This document shows, one piece after another, positions 25,981 to 38,049 of a stretch of DNA of 64,000 nt; positions within the stretch are counted from its first letter, which is position 1, and every line of letters starts with the position of its first letter. Source of the stretch: Tubulanus polymorphus (taxonomy: Eukaryota; Animalia; Nemertea); assembly GCF_964204645.1 (NCBI RefSeq), contig NC_134028.1, positions 25,168,345-25,232,344 on the forward strand, written 5' to 3'. The notes beneath the pieces were generated by a model that saw only the letters and a program-made list of their open reading frames with translations, was not told the DNA's origin and searched no databases. A program made the translations under genes and the position numbers.

Positions 25981-28900
25981 TAGGTGATCCGTTGTTTTTA
26001 GTATTTCAATTACACCTGATGATTGTTCCAAAATGTCGCGTTATTTTGATTAGATTTTGAGAAATTTCCAATTCTTTTTTTTTCTGTAAAAAAAACAATC
26101 TCTACGATGTGGGTTTTCCATTTATCTTATCATCAAAATCCACTAAAAATCCAGACTGCACGCGGTCACTGAGCAATGGTGGTTTCTTTACACTGCAGAC
26201 ACAATCTATTATCATACTCGATTTGCAAGTCTCAAATTCTACACAAATTTGTCTTAACACTGATGCAAATCGAAAGAATCGATAGCAATTCACCGCGAAC
26301 CAATTCATAAAATAATTCATTTTGGTCGTCGCTTCGTAATTACGTTGGTAAGAACTATTCAACGACCGGAGTCTTATTTATACCGGTGCCATTCACGAGA
26401 ACATATTTACCGGGCGATTTATATGTTTATATCAGTGCGTTACAACTGACTAATACTTAGACTAATCCACAATCAATCAGTCAGTCTACATGATTGGAGA
26501 ACACGTGATGGCGTGGCAGGTTGGCTGGTTGGTTGGGCATCTCATCAACCTGCAGCAAATAGTCTCTAGGGCAGATTCTATGACGGGTACTATATTTTTG
26601 TTATGTTTTTTACCTATTCTGACTATAAATACAAAAAAGGTATAAACATCCATAAATGTTTAGAGAATACAACGAGATGAAGTGCAAAGAAATTGAAAGA
26701 AATACATGTCCAGCCGTGGCACAGATCCAAACTAGTTTATTCTAAATCATGTTAACTTGAAAGTGAAATTTCAACCGTGGAATACCGACTCTTACAACAA
26801 GTTCGAACGCAGTATATCAGAGACCAGTCTATAGATTGTTTTTAACTTTAATTTGAATCGACTAATAGTCGCAGTTAACCCTCGAGTTGCAAGTTTTATA
26901 GCCAATCTGAAACACCAGTCCCAGGTGTGGAACTGTAATCGCATCTTCACCATGCAAATAGCGACATTTATAGCAATAAATTCTCCCTAAAAGAGTTTTA
27001 CGTGGACCCAGTTCCGCTGATATAACCGTTTCAAACTGAATATCCGTATTCTCGTGATATAACGGCGCGCGTGTTTACGTACCGCGTCATTGCCTAATTC
27101 GCATTAATTCCTGTTACTGATTTACAGTTTTCACGCCGAGATTTTACGACTTGTAATTGTTTGGTTACGAACCCGAGAACTGCTTCTCTTAACATGTATA
27201 TATGCGGATTTATCGGGGCTTGCGGCACTTGGTTGAAAATCCTAATCGCGTGTTACTGAGAGTCTATGCGGCTGATACAGATTATCAGTAATGTTTGTAT
27301 GTCGGGAGATTATTGCGGAATTTATTCTATTTTACGCGCGAAGTATCGTAAAATGCCTCGCTCTATCGGTGTATCCTGTTCCTCGCTTCTTGGTTCCACG
27401 CATGTATCCAAAAAGGATCGCTCCGAGAATATCCAAATCGACATCAGTGGGTGGAATACGGCTAAAGAATCATGAATTGTTTCTGTTTTCGATGACGGAA
27501 TTTGACATTTTCACGGATTCATTAGCATTTCATAATAGAAATCAATCTAAACAAACATCATGTTCTAATTCGTACGTCACGATCACACGATGCGCGTCAA
27601 TAACTGGTCAAACATAGATTAACGGTAATTATTTTCGCAGTCACGCAACGAAAAGCGATTAAATTTATAATCACTGAAGCTTCCGAATCAGTCGCTGAAA
27701 AAATATCCGATTCCGTCATTCAGTACGCAAAATATTGCGACTTCCCTACCACTTTGGCCGACGGACCTCTCCTTGCCACCCGCAACCCCACAATATTGTA
27801 TGTTAATATTAAACTATAAGTCAAAATAATAGGTTTTTTTCATTTTATCTTTTTCAATGAGGAGGAGACAAGCAATCTTATGAGCAAGTTAAAGACAAAA
27901 TCGTATTCCTTTTTTGTGTGTTGTGGATCCTGCGAGTCGCACCCAAACTAAAAATACTAGACAATTTTTCAGAACACTTTCATGATTAAGGATCGTCCAC
28001 ACTTAATACTGTTCAAAACTTCGCCCGAGTTGTACTATGAAAACTCGAAATTGGATATTTGATCAGCAAACTTTCAAAAAAACTGTTAGTCTACACTTCA
28101 TACGTGTTCCATAATTACTACCGTACATCAGACATTTTCACCTTGCGACATTTTAACCAAAATATGTAATAGCAATAACAATAACCTAGGATATTATATC
28201 AGACCCACTTCAATAAGTAATCATCGATACTACAAACCAAATTCAATTGGAATTCAAGTTGAAAATTATCTTATTAAACCTTAATATTTACACATCATAC
28301 TATTGGTTATTACGGTAAGTAAGTGAAGAACAAAACAAATATCATCCTAGAAAGTACAAAAGGTAATTCATTATTTCAACAATATGAATACACTGGAGAA
28401 ATGTTTATTGAATATATATATACAGATTTAGCAAAACTGAGAAGTAAATTCAAATTTTCGGATATAAAAGCTTGAATAAACACCGCAATAGTTAATATGA
28501 AAAGGGGTTGAGTTCAGGGCTGCGTATTTGGTACCTGCAGAAGACGTTCGCATCGCGTTTGTTGCGCCGCCGATGTAACAGTCATGCTAATTATCGAAAC
28601 AAAACGAATCGAGTTTGATTTCATGCTATGCAGAACTCAATTCCGCCCGGTGTCTATTTCTGTCAGAACGTTAATGTATGAATTATTGTTATTATTGAAT
28701 TATTACGAAGGAGACTGCGCGAAGATTATTCGATTAGTTGATACGCGATCAATCAAGCAGCATCTGACTGCAAATTCTTCGCGAGCACAGACGAAACCAC
28801 TCGCAAAAATACGATTTACTAAAAACTGGAACTCTAGATATCTTTATATCTCTGTATGCGTGTGCTTGTTTCTACCAGTTTAGAGATTTCTCAACTCTTT

Positions 28901-31900
28901 TAAGTGTCTGTATTTTTTCGCGTTTAGGTATTATTTTATTGGGTAAACACAGTTACCTAAAGGTGAAAACAACCAGTCGAACATATTCACCGTCTGAAGA
29001 TGCAGTGAGTAATCAGGGGAGGGGAGAGAGTTGAGAGAGAGGAGAGAGAGGAGGGGGTTGAAGATGAACGGGATTCACGTCAGATTACACGAATACCACG
29101 GGTAGTTTTTTTTCTATATTGAAGGATGTAAGGACATCGAAAGATATTCTATATTCATAATTCGTTTTGATGTAGAAAAATTATGCAACGCTGATATACC
29201 TGAATTGTCAAAAGTGAATGTAAAGACTCTGAGAACCTCACAACAAAAAACGTAAACACATTATAGGAAATGAAATGAGGGTTATGATTATACACACAGG
29301 GGTTTTCATCAATTTATTTCAAATTTTACAATCAGGAAACGATGTACTGGGATTGAATTGTAGCCGGTATTTTACTAGTTCTAGCGTTTCTGTTACGATT
29401 TTATCAAAAGTTGATATTCTAAGTATAACTGTAGATTCTTATCTTTGTTATGACTAAGTAATTGTCTCGGATACGACTCGTTGTCTGAGTTAATGATTAG
29501 TTAAATATATTGACGTTGCGGTGGTCCGAACGATTCTATATTCCGAATCGTTTTCAATATATGCCCGAACGATTAAAGGCTAATTTCTGCCACGTCAACT
29601 TTGTTTAATCTAAACTACGCACTGTCAGTGGTCTCTGCACGTCTTCGCCACGGTTGACAGATGTTTTTTATTAAAGTTAAACAGCTATTGTCATTATGGC
29701 TGACCGTGTTAATCATATGTTCGTCTAACGACGGGGGCTGGACTAATGAAAGAGCGTTGAATACCGGACGGACAGTCGACTTTCAGTAGTAGAACAGCGC
29801 GGATTAACTTCATAATACTAAGACGCACGTAAGTTAATCAAATATGAATTCAGGGTCAATGACAAAATGATAATACATATTTATGATTTTTGCAATAAGT
29901 TTTGAATTGAATAGATTCTTGATGATGAGACAAGAAGTAGCATTAATACTTAATTAACCACGATATTTACAAAACGTAACACGGTAACAAATCGAGTATC
30001 CACATCAAGTCTTATACGGCTTTGTTGATAGAATATCAAAAATTCACAAGAAAGCATATGTGCTATCTAGTGACAAGACTGAAATAGGTTTTTTCGCTTT
30101 TTCTCGTGAAAATACATCACTTGCATCATTTTGATTGTGTATTGGGGTGTATTATTATATCGTCCAGTTTCAATCGGTAATCAATGATTATCAAATCGAA
30201 AAATTATCATACACACAAATGAACTGTGAGCAAGACCTTCTACTTAGATTTTACGGCGTCCCAGGAGATTTTCAAGCTTTGCCTCGGTCATTTGCAGTTG
30301 CCTCGTGAGGTTTAAGTTTCGCTAAAGATACGTCACCTATCGTAAGAGCGATAGCAATTTTCAGTAATCGAAAAAATCCGCAAATAATAGCGGGTGCTTT
30401 TGGAAATCATTTTCAAATTTAAACGGCTTTTTCGATGCCATTAATAACCGTATAAACAGGTATTGAATGATAAGTCCCAAAATCTAGAAATTCCGTAATG
30501 AAAAATTTTATATTTTCATAACGATAACTAATAGAAATAATCGACATTCATTTAAACTGCATTTCAGTTCGGTTTATATAAAAAGGTACTGAATATATCA
30601 GAAAATATCTTGCTTAAAGTCTCGCTTTTGTCAATTTTGATACGAACAACCAACTCCGAGTCAGTTTCTGTTATAAAAAGGAAAGAGTTCTTCCATTAGC
30701 AGCATACGTTAAGCCACGATTACCATATTAAATTAAATGAAACACATTCTTCGATCATCATAATCATACATTTTCGATATAGTCTACAAGGGTTCACCTT
30801 GACCCTTTGTATCGAGTTAATCTGGTAGTTTTTGCGACTTGGTCAACGAAGTTCAAACGTATACATAAATAGATTCGATGCCATAAATAGAAAGGATATT
30901 TAGAAATATAAATTAAATACAGATTATCAATATTATTATTGTGATAATCAACGCATGGTTGAGTTCTAACGACATTACAGTGTTTAATAGCTATAAATGT
31001 CAGTATATATAATTACTAACGTTATAAGCCGACTTTGTAGTATATTGACCATTCATTATGATAATTGTCAAACCGACCCGCTCGCCGCGAATAGAGCTTC
31101 GATACTCGTGTCCAATCAAATCCGTTTTAAAGGCATACGACTCGGATAAATGAATACGAAGTCATCAGACCCGTGGTTTAATCGCTATTTGTTACTTCAT
31201 GTTTTCAATGAGGACAAAAAATTCAAACCGAACCGTTTTAAAAGCCTCTGGTCTAATAGCTTCTAACTGCATACAGCGAGTATGCATTTTATCCTATCTA
31301 AGGTTATTAATCTATATTAGAAAAACTAGCTAACGCTTTAGAAACTCAAAGAACCACACATAGCTGCGCCGATAAGACAATTTTCGAAAATTCCTACACG
31401 CCAGATACAACTAGCCACTTTTCTCTAATCTAGAAATAACGACGCGCCAGCGCGGGATTCCGGAAGTGAGGGTTATAATTCAGAAACATCTCGATAGGTA
31501 ACAACTGAAATACGTCGTCGCTATTCGTCAAATATGTTAGAATAATCCGTGTGAGATAATTTGGATGCGAGAAATATTTCAACGTCTCTAGAATCGACTC
31601 TAGAATTCAGAATCTCCGGATTGGATGACAGTAGAAACACAGTAAATATCTTTCAAATTCGGCAGACGATTGCTGTCATTGCCCGTGATTTACAACGGAA
31701 TAAAACTATAAAACTATCTTCTAGTTCTCATCTTACTTTCGATAAGACGAGAAACATATATTTTAGCGCTCGAAAGAATTCATTTATACTTTCATCTGAA
31801 GATGATTACTCCGGTATATACACAGCAACAATTTTATCATCCTGCGATATTAACCCCTGGAGAACCCGAGCATACTTCTGGTAGTAGTACAAACCGCACA

Positions 31901-32839
31901 TTTTGTGTTTCTCATCTTGTTTCGTGTCCCTTATGACAAATCAATATGAGTTTCGGATATATTTTAACACGTCGTTGTGGGATGGGTCCAAATTTGACCA
32001 CTCCATTACCTTAATATTTACAATGAAACTTCATAATCTGAAAAAGTTCATCCTTAAAGCACAGTGTTGATATAAAACATAGAAGCTTCGTTCTGGCCAT
32101 GGGTCATAATGGTTCGAAGAGGTAAACTTCAATTTCACGAAGAGTCACCTGGTGATATTCCTACTAACCAACAAGGGTCATATATGGAAAATTTTAAGGT
32201 AGCGCTGGTGCTATCCAACCTAGTTAAGACTCTTTTCAACAGTAGGTAAATCTATGACCGGCTAATTAGGCAAATAAGATTACGAGGGGCCCGGGGTCAG
32301 CAGGCTACACTAGGAATTTAAGGCACTGAACCCGTGTATGTTGTAACGGTTCCAATAATGATGTCATTATCATCTAGAAATGATTTTTTTTTTTCGTAGA
32401 AAGAGCTGTTGAAATAAATGAACGGTAGATTATTTACGAACGACGCAATAAATTTGATTAAAAGCAGATAAAAACATTTACGAAATCAAGAACGCGTTAA
32501 TATGAAAAATGAATCGGATGAAATATTCGGCGACGGCGCGGATAACTACTTCTGAAGAGTGATGATGATGATATCTCTGACTTCGCCCCTCGGATTCTGT
32601 TGATATCTCAATCTCCCCGGCTATTTCTGTTAACGGATCATCAGAGTTTAAAACGTGATAAATCATCAAGTCTTATCGGTTGTGGGTATTAAACTCCCGT
32701 GACGTGTAACTGCGAACATATTTTCAAGCGGATAATTACTGCGGCTCGATTTGTAATCATGATTACGTCACCTGTATTACGATTAGTAGTTAGTGAATAA
32801 TGGTAATTCATACGAAACCAGTCGCCAGTCTGTATACCT

Positions 32840-33420
32840 GCCTTCTTTGACTTTCTCGTATCATCTCCATCCCATCACACGCCTCTCATATTCATTCTCC
32901 CTCTTTGCCTCCTCTGTTTTCCCCCCTACTGCCCCATCCCAATGTCTTCCTTATCCTTCTTTTTCCCCTTCCCACAACCCTTTCTACAAACCCCTCTCAG
33001 TTTATCCTCATCAATCATCCTATCCCCCTATCTGTTCCCTTAATACTATTAATACTTTTATCTCATCTCTCCCTCCCTAATACTTCTAGTCTCAGTTCTT
33101 CACCTCTCCACTCTCCCTTGACACTCCCAGCACCCTCGTATTTTCACTTTTCTCTTTCGATATAGCCTTCTAGCCAGTATTATTCCTCTGCCTCTGCCTC
33201 TGCCTCTGCCTCTGCCTCTGCCTCTGCCTCTGCCTCTGCCTCTGCCTCTGCCTCTGCCTCTGCCTCTGCCTCTGCCTCTGCCTCTGCCTCTGCCTCTGCC
33301 TCTGCCTCTGCCTCTGCCTCTGCCTCCATCCAGTCAGTTCTATCCCTCTCCCCTCTCCATCTCGATATCTTCTCTCAGCCAGCCAGCTATCCCTTTCACG
33401 ATCCCTCACTCCATATCTCG
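32840..33420 (+). repeat. Pyrimidine-rich tract containing a (CCTCTG)23 microsatellite
   Basis: Perfect CCTCTG array at 33185-33322 inside C/T-rich flanks. Confidence 0.95.
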
Positions 33421-35913
33421 TTGTAATCACGGCTCAAATACACGATATAATGAAAGTAAAATAATGGATTGGCTCATAATGTTTCTACCCGCTGGTTTCA
33501 TCATCTGACTCTTGTCGCAAATATAGTGTTCATCATGAAAATTACTTTTTTCTTTGATGAACGATGAAATAGTCTCGGCAACTCGCTAAAGCATGAACTG
33601 AATTTTTCATTCTCGGCTTATTATTCGGTTTAACGCGCTACATCGGCTGAGACCGGCCCTGCGGTTCGGAATACACATTTAACTTCCACTAAATGGAACT
33701 GAAAATCTGAGTTCTGGTACCAGCTATTATTTCGGTCATAGATATAAAAAAAATTTATCTGGACAGATCTTCCGGATGGGCCGTTCATTCCATCTCTTTT
33801 TCAGGAAATAATGACTTTATTGGAGATTCATAACGTGAAACATATGTGAACGAACATCACGTGCAACAAACACGCGGAAAAATAGTGAAATATTTCAATG
33901 CCGGTTTCTATGCTTCGACTAATGAGACTTATGTCTAGAAATTTGCCCGACCGTGAAAACATCGAAAAAACCTCGAATCCTTTGAGTTCGCCCGAAGTCG
34001 TGTTCCGTATAGAATTACCGAGCATGTCTCAAACAAGACAAATCTGTTCGGTGCGTTAATTTGCGATAAGTACTCGGATAAGACCGGGAAACACGGGCGG
34101 GAACGTTGTCAATTTCTGGTCGAATTGCGATTCGCGGCACGTCCGTCGGACTGCGAACTCGGCACTTTCAACAAAGCGCCGCAAAATACCAATTACAACC
34201 GATCGTGAAATCCCAACGGTAAATGGATATTGATGGACGCCGAGTCGGTTTCAAAATGTCTGTTAAATGTACTCGCACCCACGACGCGTTCAGCAATCTT
34301 TTTAACTGTCAATTAGACATTGTAATAAGTTCGGATTTAGATCTATTTATATGGACAGTTCTGACAAGACTGAGACCCCAACGACTCTGTCGTTCTATTA
34401 AGTTTTCTACCGGATAGTCAACGATAAATCGTGACCGTTTGAAACGACTCGCATTAATTCTCTATACAGCCGTTTATTCGGACACAATTATTCTAAATGA
34501 TTTACAACCGAAAGAAGAGACGTTTTCATTATTTGAGAGCGCGCAAATCGAAATCTAAATGCGATCAGCAATTCGGAGCATACAAAAACAGACGCATAAA
34601 TAACCCGGTTTATAAAGACTGGTCATTAGTCCGGTCACTTGATAACCTCGGGTCACAGAGACGTGGTATTTAGGAGTGGTCATTTACACGTTCGTGATTC
34701 AATTAGCACCTTTAAACGAAATCGTGCACTGACGCAGTTTCCTAATTAAACTGTGACATTCGATATTTAATCTTTATTCTGTGTGTTGAAATTACTGACC
34801 GCTGCTTAAGGCAAGCAATTTGAAACGAAGGTCAACCTTTGCAGATTTACGTCAGTGATGATAACAAGCTTTTCACCTTTCTTGCTATTAGCTCTCACAC
34901 TGGATCAAAATTTAGTTCATTTTCCTTTTACAGTGTTCTAAAATTTCGTCCAGGTTCGCTGTCGTCCGAATCCTCGCTTGCCGCAAGTGGAATTCTCGAT
35001 TGCCACAGTTGATCGTGGAGTCTCCGTTAAACCATTGAAATAAATCGGGTGAATTTAAAAATGTTCCCATAGGTCCAGATCAATGAAACTGGTTCCCATG
35101 ACGGCCACGAGTTAAAGTTGCGAAGCTTTAGTGAAATCACTTCAATCCTTCTTTGAAACGGCGTCAGTAGTATCCGAACCTTCTTCATTTCCGAGTTGAA
35201 TTTAACACGAAAGTTGAAATTAAGATGAATTCGTTAAGTTAAATCTTGCTCATAGAAAGTTAAGATTTCCGTTCATTGCAGTTTTGTCGCAAATATTGGA
35301 AATATTTTTTTACATTCATCTATAACGAATCCAGCAACGTACATTTTCTCGGGCTGACCTTACATACTCATTTCGCAAAATGGAAATGCGCCTGGCAAAC
35401 ACATCGCTTAGCCACTCGCTTGCGGTTCCCCTCTGACCACAATCGGGGATTCCGTGACCAAATTAGCCGTATTGCCATCTCTTGTTATTTGTCTTTACCT
35501 GTACGGCGATCTGTTTTGACATTCTCCTATGACACGGCGTTACTTTTTCATTAGGCTTTTAGTGAAATTAACCTGCGGCCGCCCGATAGGTCGACGGTGC
35601 ACACACAACACACTAACACAACTTGTGATGTTATAAGAGCCCGTTGCGGTGGTGTATGTTTACGATGTGCGACAGTTGGGGATTACTGAAAGTAGTTTGA
35701 TGTCGTGCTGGCCGATGCACGCAAACAAAGACCAAAAGCGTGGTAACTTAAAAGGGAAACCTATCTGCTCGCGTCAAAGCTATTAATCACCTTGCATTCT
35801 CAGCTCCGAGACTTAAATTCTGCAATGTGGAGTCAAAATGATGATGATTTTTGTTTCCTTGACGTCACACGCATTCGATTGTTGGCCCCAAAGGTCCTGC
35901 TTTGAGATGAATA

Positions 35914-38049
35914 ATGGCAAATGAAGGGTGCCATTTCTTCATGTCTGCAGTTTATATTTCAATAATCATCTATGGGTTTTGTATACCGAGTAAAGCGGGA
36001 GATACGTGTTTAGATTCGAACGAAGCAGGTCCGTCGCATCGGTCAAGACGCAACGATGGCGACGCACGATTGCGCTCTTGGGGTGAGATGCAGAGGAACG
36101 AATACAAGTCGTGGCGTTACGGGTTTCCCAGCGGGACAGGTTGGGCTACGCTGGTCCCGGTGAATAAGATCGCACTCGGAAGACTGGTGACCCTGGTGAA
36201 AATGCTGGAGCTATGCGACGAGCATAACGTCCCAGGTTGTCGTTGGAAGCAATTCGTCGACTTACAGCGCAGCTATAAACACATATTAAAAGATTTCGAT
36301 GTACTTTCAATTTTGTACATATTCGAAGTTTGTAAGCTGACGCAAGGTCAGGATAAAATCTGCCCTCGCCCATGCGAAAGGGACCCGTGTCGAGACCTAA
36401 ACCACGTGGTGAGTTCCATTTGCCATCAGTTAGAATACGGTTTGTTCGACAACAACTACAAATGCGAATGCGAAAATGGCTGGACTTGGGATTTAAACCA
36501 CATGGAATGCCGACAGATCGACCTGTGCGCCGATCAAAATAACTCGCCGTGCATTCTGGAAAACACCGAACTCTGCTTAACGAAAGACAACGGCGCTTTC
36601 CTCTGTCAGTGCAAAGAACCCTTTATGGGAATGAAATGCGATAAGGAACGAGACGCCTGCGTCGAGAATTACAATAAAGAATTCTTAACCGGGTTCGACG
36701 CGTGCGGTACACACGGCAAATGCCGCAGTATCAGAGGAACCAATTTCTACGGTTGTCACTGTAAAAAAGGCTACACCGACGATCCGACGAATCGACAGAG
36801 AGACTGCAACCAGAGAGAACAGAAATGCGACGAAATTCTATGCGTGAACGGTTACTGCGCCGCATCTGTTTCTGGTAGCAGAGCTAAGTGTATTTGCGAC
36901 GAGGACTACATGGGTTCAGACTGTACTACACCGTTGCCTGAATGGAACCCGTGGGGAATATGGAGTGCTTGCGAACCGAGTTGCGGTAATCATCGAGTTC
37001 GGACTCGATCTAGAGAATGTTCGACTCGAGTGCGTCCGTGTCGCGGTCAAAGCCACAAACAGGAACGATGCACCCCGAAAGTGTGCGAGGTAAACGGCGA
37101 ATGGGGAGACTGGAGCAGTTGGAGTCAGTGTGATTATAACTGCGGCGGGGGACAACAGTGGCGACATAGAGAGTGTACGTATGATATTAAACAAGGAGAT
37201 AAACGAGGTCGCAACTGCCGCGGCGAGGGTTTCAAAATCAGAGATTGCAATGCAGCCAGTTGCCCGATAGGTTCTCAACGTGCGCGTCAAGGACCTTCGC
37301 CTAATGAAGCCTACGGTGATTTGATTCATAATGGAAAGTGGAATGCCGATGGTTGGGGCCCATGGGCCACTTGGTCGACTTGTACGAGTCAGTGCGGCCC
37401 AGGCGAGCAGACCAAACAGCGCCAGTGTATGAACGGACCGGGTAACTGTGTCGGTGAGTCGGCCGATGCAAGGCCATGTAAGACACCGTGCCCTGCCGGT
37501 CAATATGCGTGGGACCAGTGGTCCAGTTGGTCTCTATGTGGTCCAAGCGTCGATATCTGTTCTCGCCAACGTCGGTGCCCGTTCCTGAACAGTTGTCGCG
37601 GTCCCGCCTCGCAGCAAGCTTACTGCGTGAACGGTTTGTGCGATGGAGAAAATTCCATGTCGGCTTTGAGCACGAAACGTCACGAAGGCAAACAAGCGGC
37701 TTCGAATTTCCTACAAAGTTCTCAAGACGGGAACAGCGGCGTCAGTTCTCGCGGGACGTACTTACAAAGCGAACGAGAACTCGAATTGTCGATCGGGAAA
37801 CGGCCGAGACGGAAAAGCGATAGTACCGGATCGTCCGCTGGTGGCGCCACGATCGGCGTGGTTGTCGGTTCTCTGCTGGTTCTAGCCGGTATTGTCGCTT
37901 TATGCGTTGTTTACAGGCGTAAAATAAAACTATTTCTGACGACGAATTATGAAAAATACATCAAACAAAAGAAAAACGATCGTACGAAAAATCGTCTGCT
38001 AAAATCAAAAACGGATGATGATGATGATGATGATGATGACGAATGGTGA
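35914..38049 (+). CDS. Single-exon type I membrane protein with 4 EGF-like and 4 thrombospondin type-1 repeats and an acidic-Trp C-terminus (711 aa)
   Basis: Uninterrupted 2136-nt ORF with a hydrophobic signal (aa ~8-28). Four 6-Cys EGF-like units (CECENGW, CQCKEPFMGMKC, CHCKKGY, CICDEDYMGSDC) and four WxxWxxW...RxRxC-type TSP1 units. TM helix ATIGVVVGSLLVLAGIVALCVVY followed by RRK. AATAAA at 38104-38109. Confidence 0.93.
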   Translation: MANEGCHFFMSAVYISIIIYGFCIPSKAGDTCLDSNEAGPSHRSRRNDGDARLRSWGEMQRNEYKSWRYGFPSGTGWATLVPVNKIALGRLVTLVKMLELCDEHNVPGCRWKQFVDLQRSYKHILKDFDVLSILYIFEVCKLTQGQDKICPRPCERDPCRDLNHVVSSICHQLEYGLFDNNYKCECENGWTWDLNHMECRQIDLCADQNNSPCILENTELCLTKDNGAFLCQCKEPFMGMKCDKERDACVENYNKEFLTGFDACGTHGKCRSIRGTNFYGCHCKKGYTDDPTNRQRDCNQREQKCDEILCVNGYCAASVSGSRAKCICDEDYMGSDCTTPLPEWNPWGIWSACEPSCGNHRVRTRSRECSTRVRPCRGQSHKQERCTPKVCEVNGEWGDWSSWSQCDYNCGGGQQWRHRECTYDIKQGDKRGRNCRGEGFKIRDCNAASCPIGSQRARQGPSPNEAYGDLIHNGKWNADGWGPWATWSTCTSQCGPGEQTKQRQCMNGPGNCVGESADARPCKTPCPAGQYAWDQWSSWSLCGPSVDICSRQRRCPFLNSCRGPASQQAYCVNGLCDGENSMSALSTKRHEGKQAASNFLQSSQDGNSGVSSRGTYLQSERELELSIGKRPRRKSDSTGSSAGGATIGVVVGSLLVLAGIVALCVVYRRKIKLFLTTNYEKYIKQKKNDRTKNRLLKSKTDDDDDDDDDEW

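Noticed and set aside
33170-33430. ORF encoding poly-(RQ)
   Set aside because: It is the translation of the (CCTCTG)23 microsatellite, with no other coding signal.
36146-37823. Antisense and alternative-frame ORFs (up to 195 aa) overlapping the EGF/TSP1 gene
   Set aside because: These are shadow ORFs of a GC-richer CDS with no protein-like features.
35914-38049. Naming the protein as ADGRB/BAI, SCO-spondin, Notch/Crumbs or a true TRAP orthologue
   Set aside because: It has no GAIN/7TM, LNR/ankyrin, laminin-G or vWA domain. Similarity is limited to generic modules and tail features, so no gene symbol is given.
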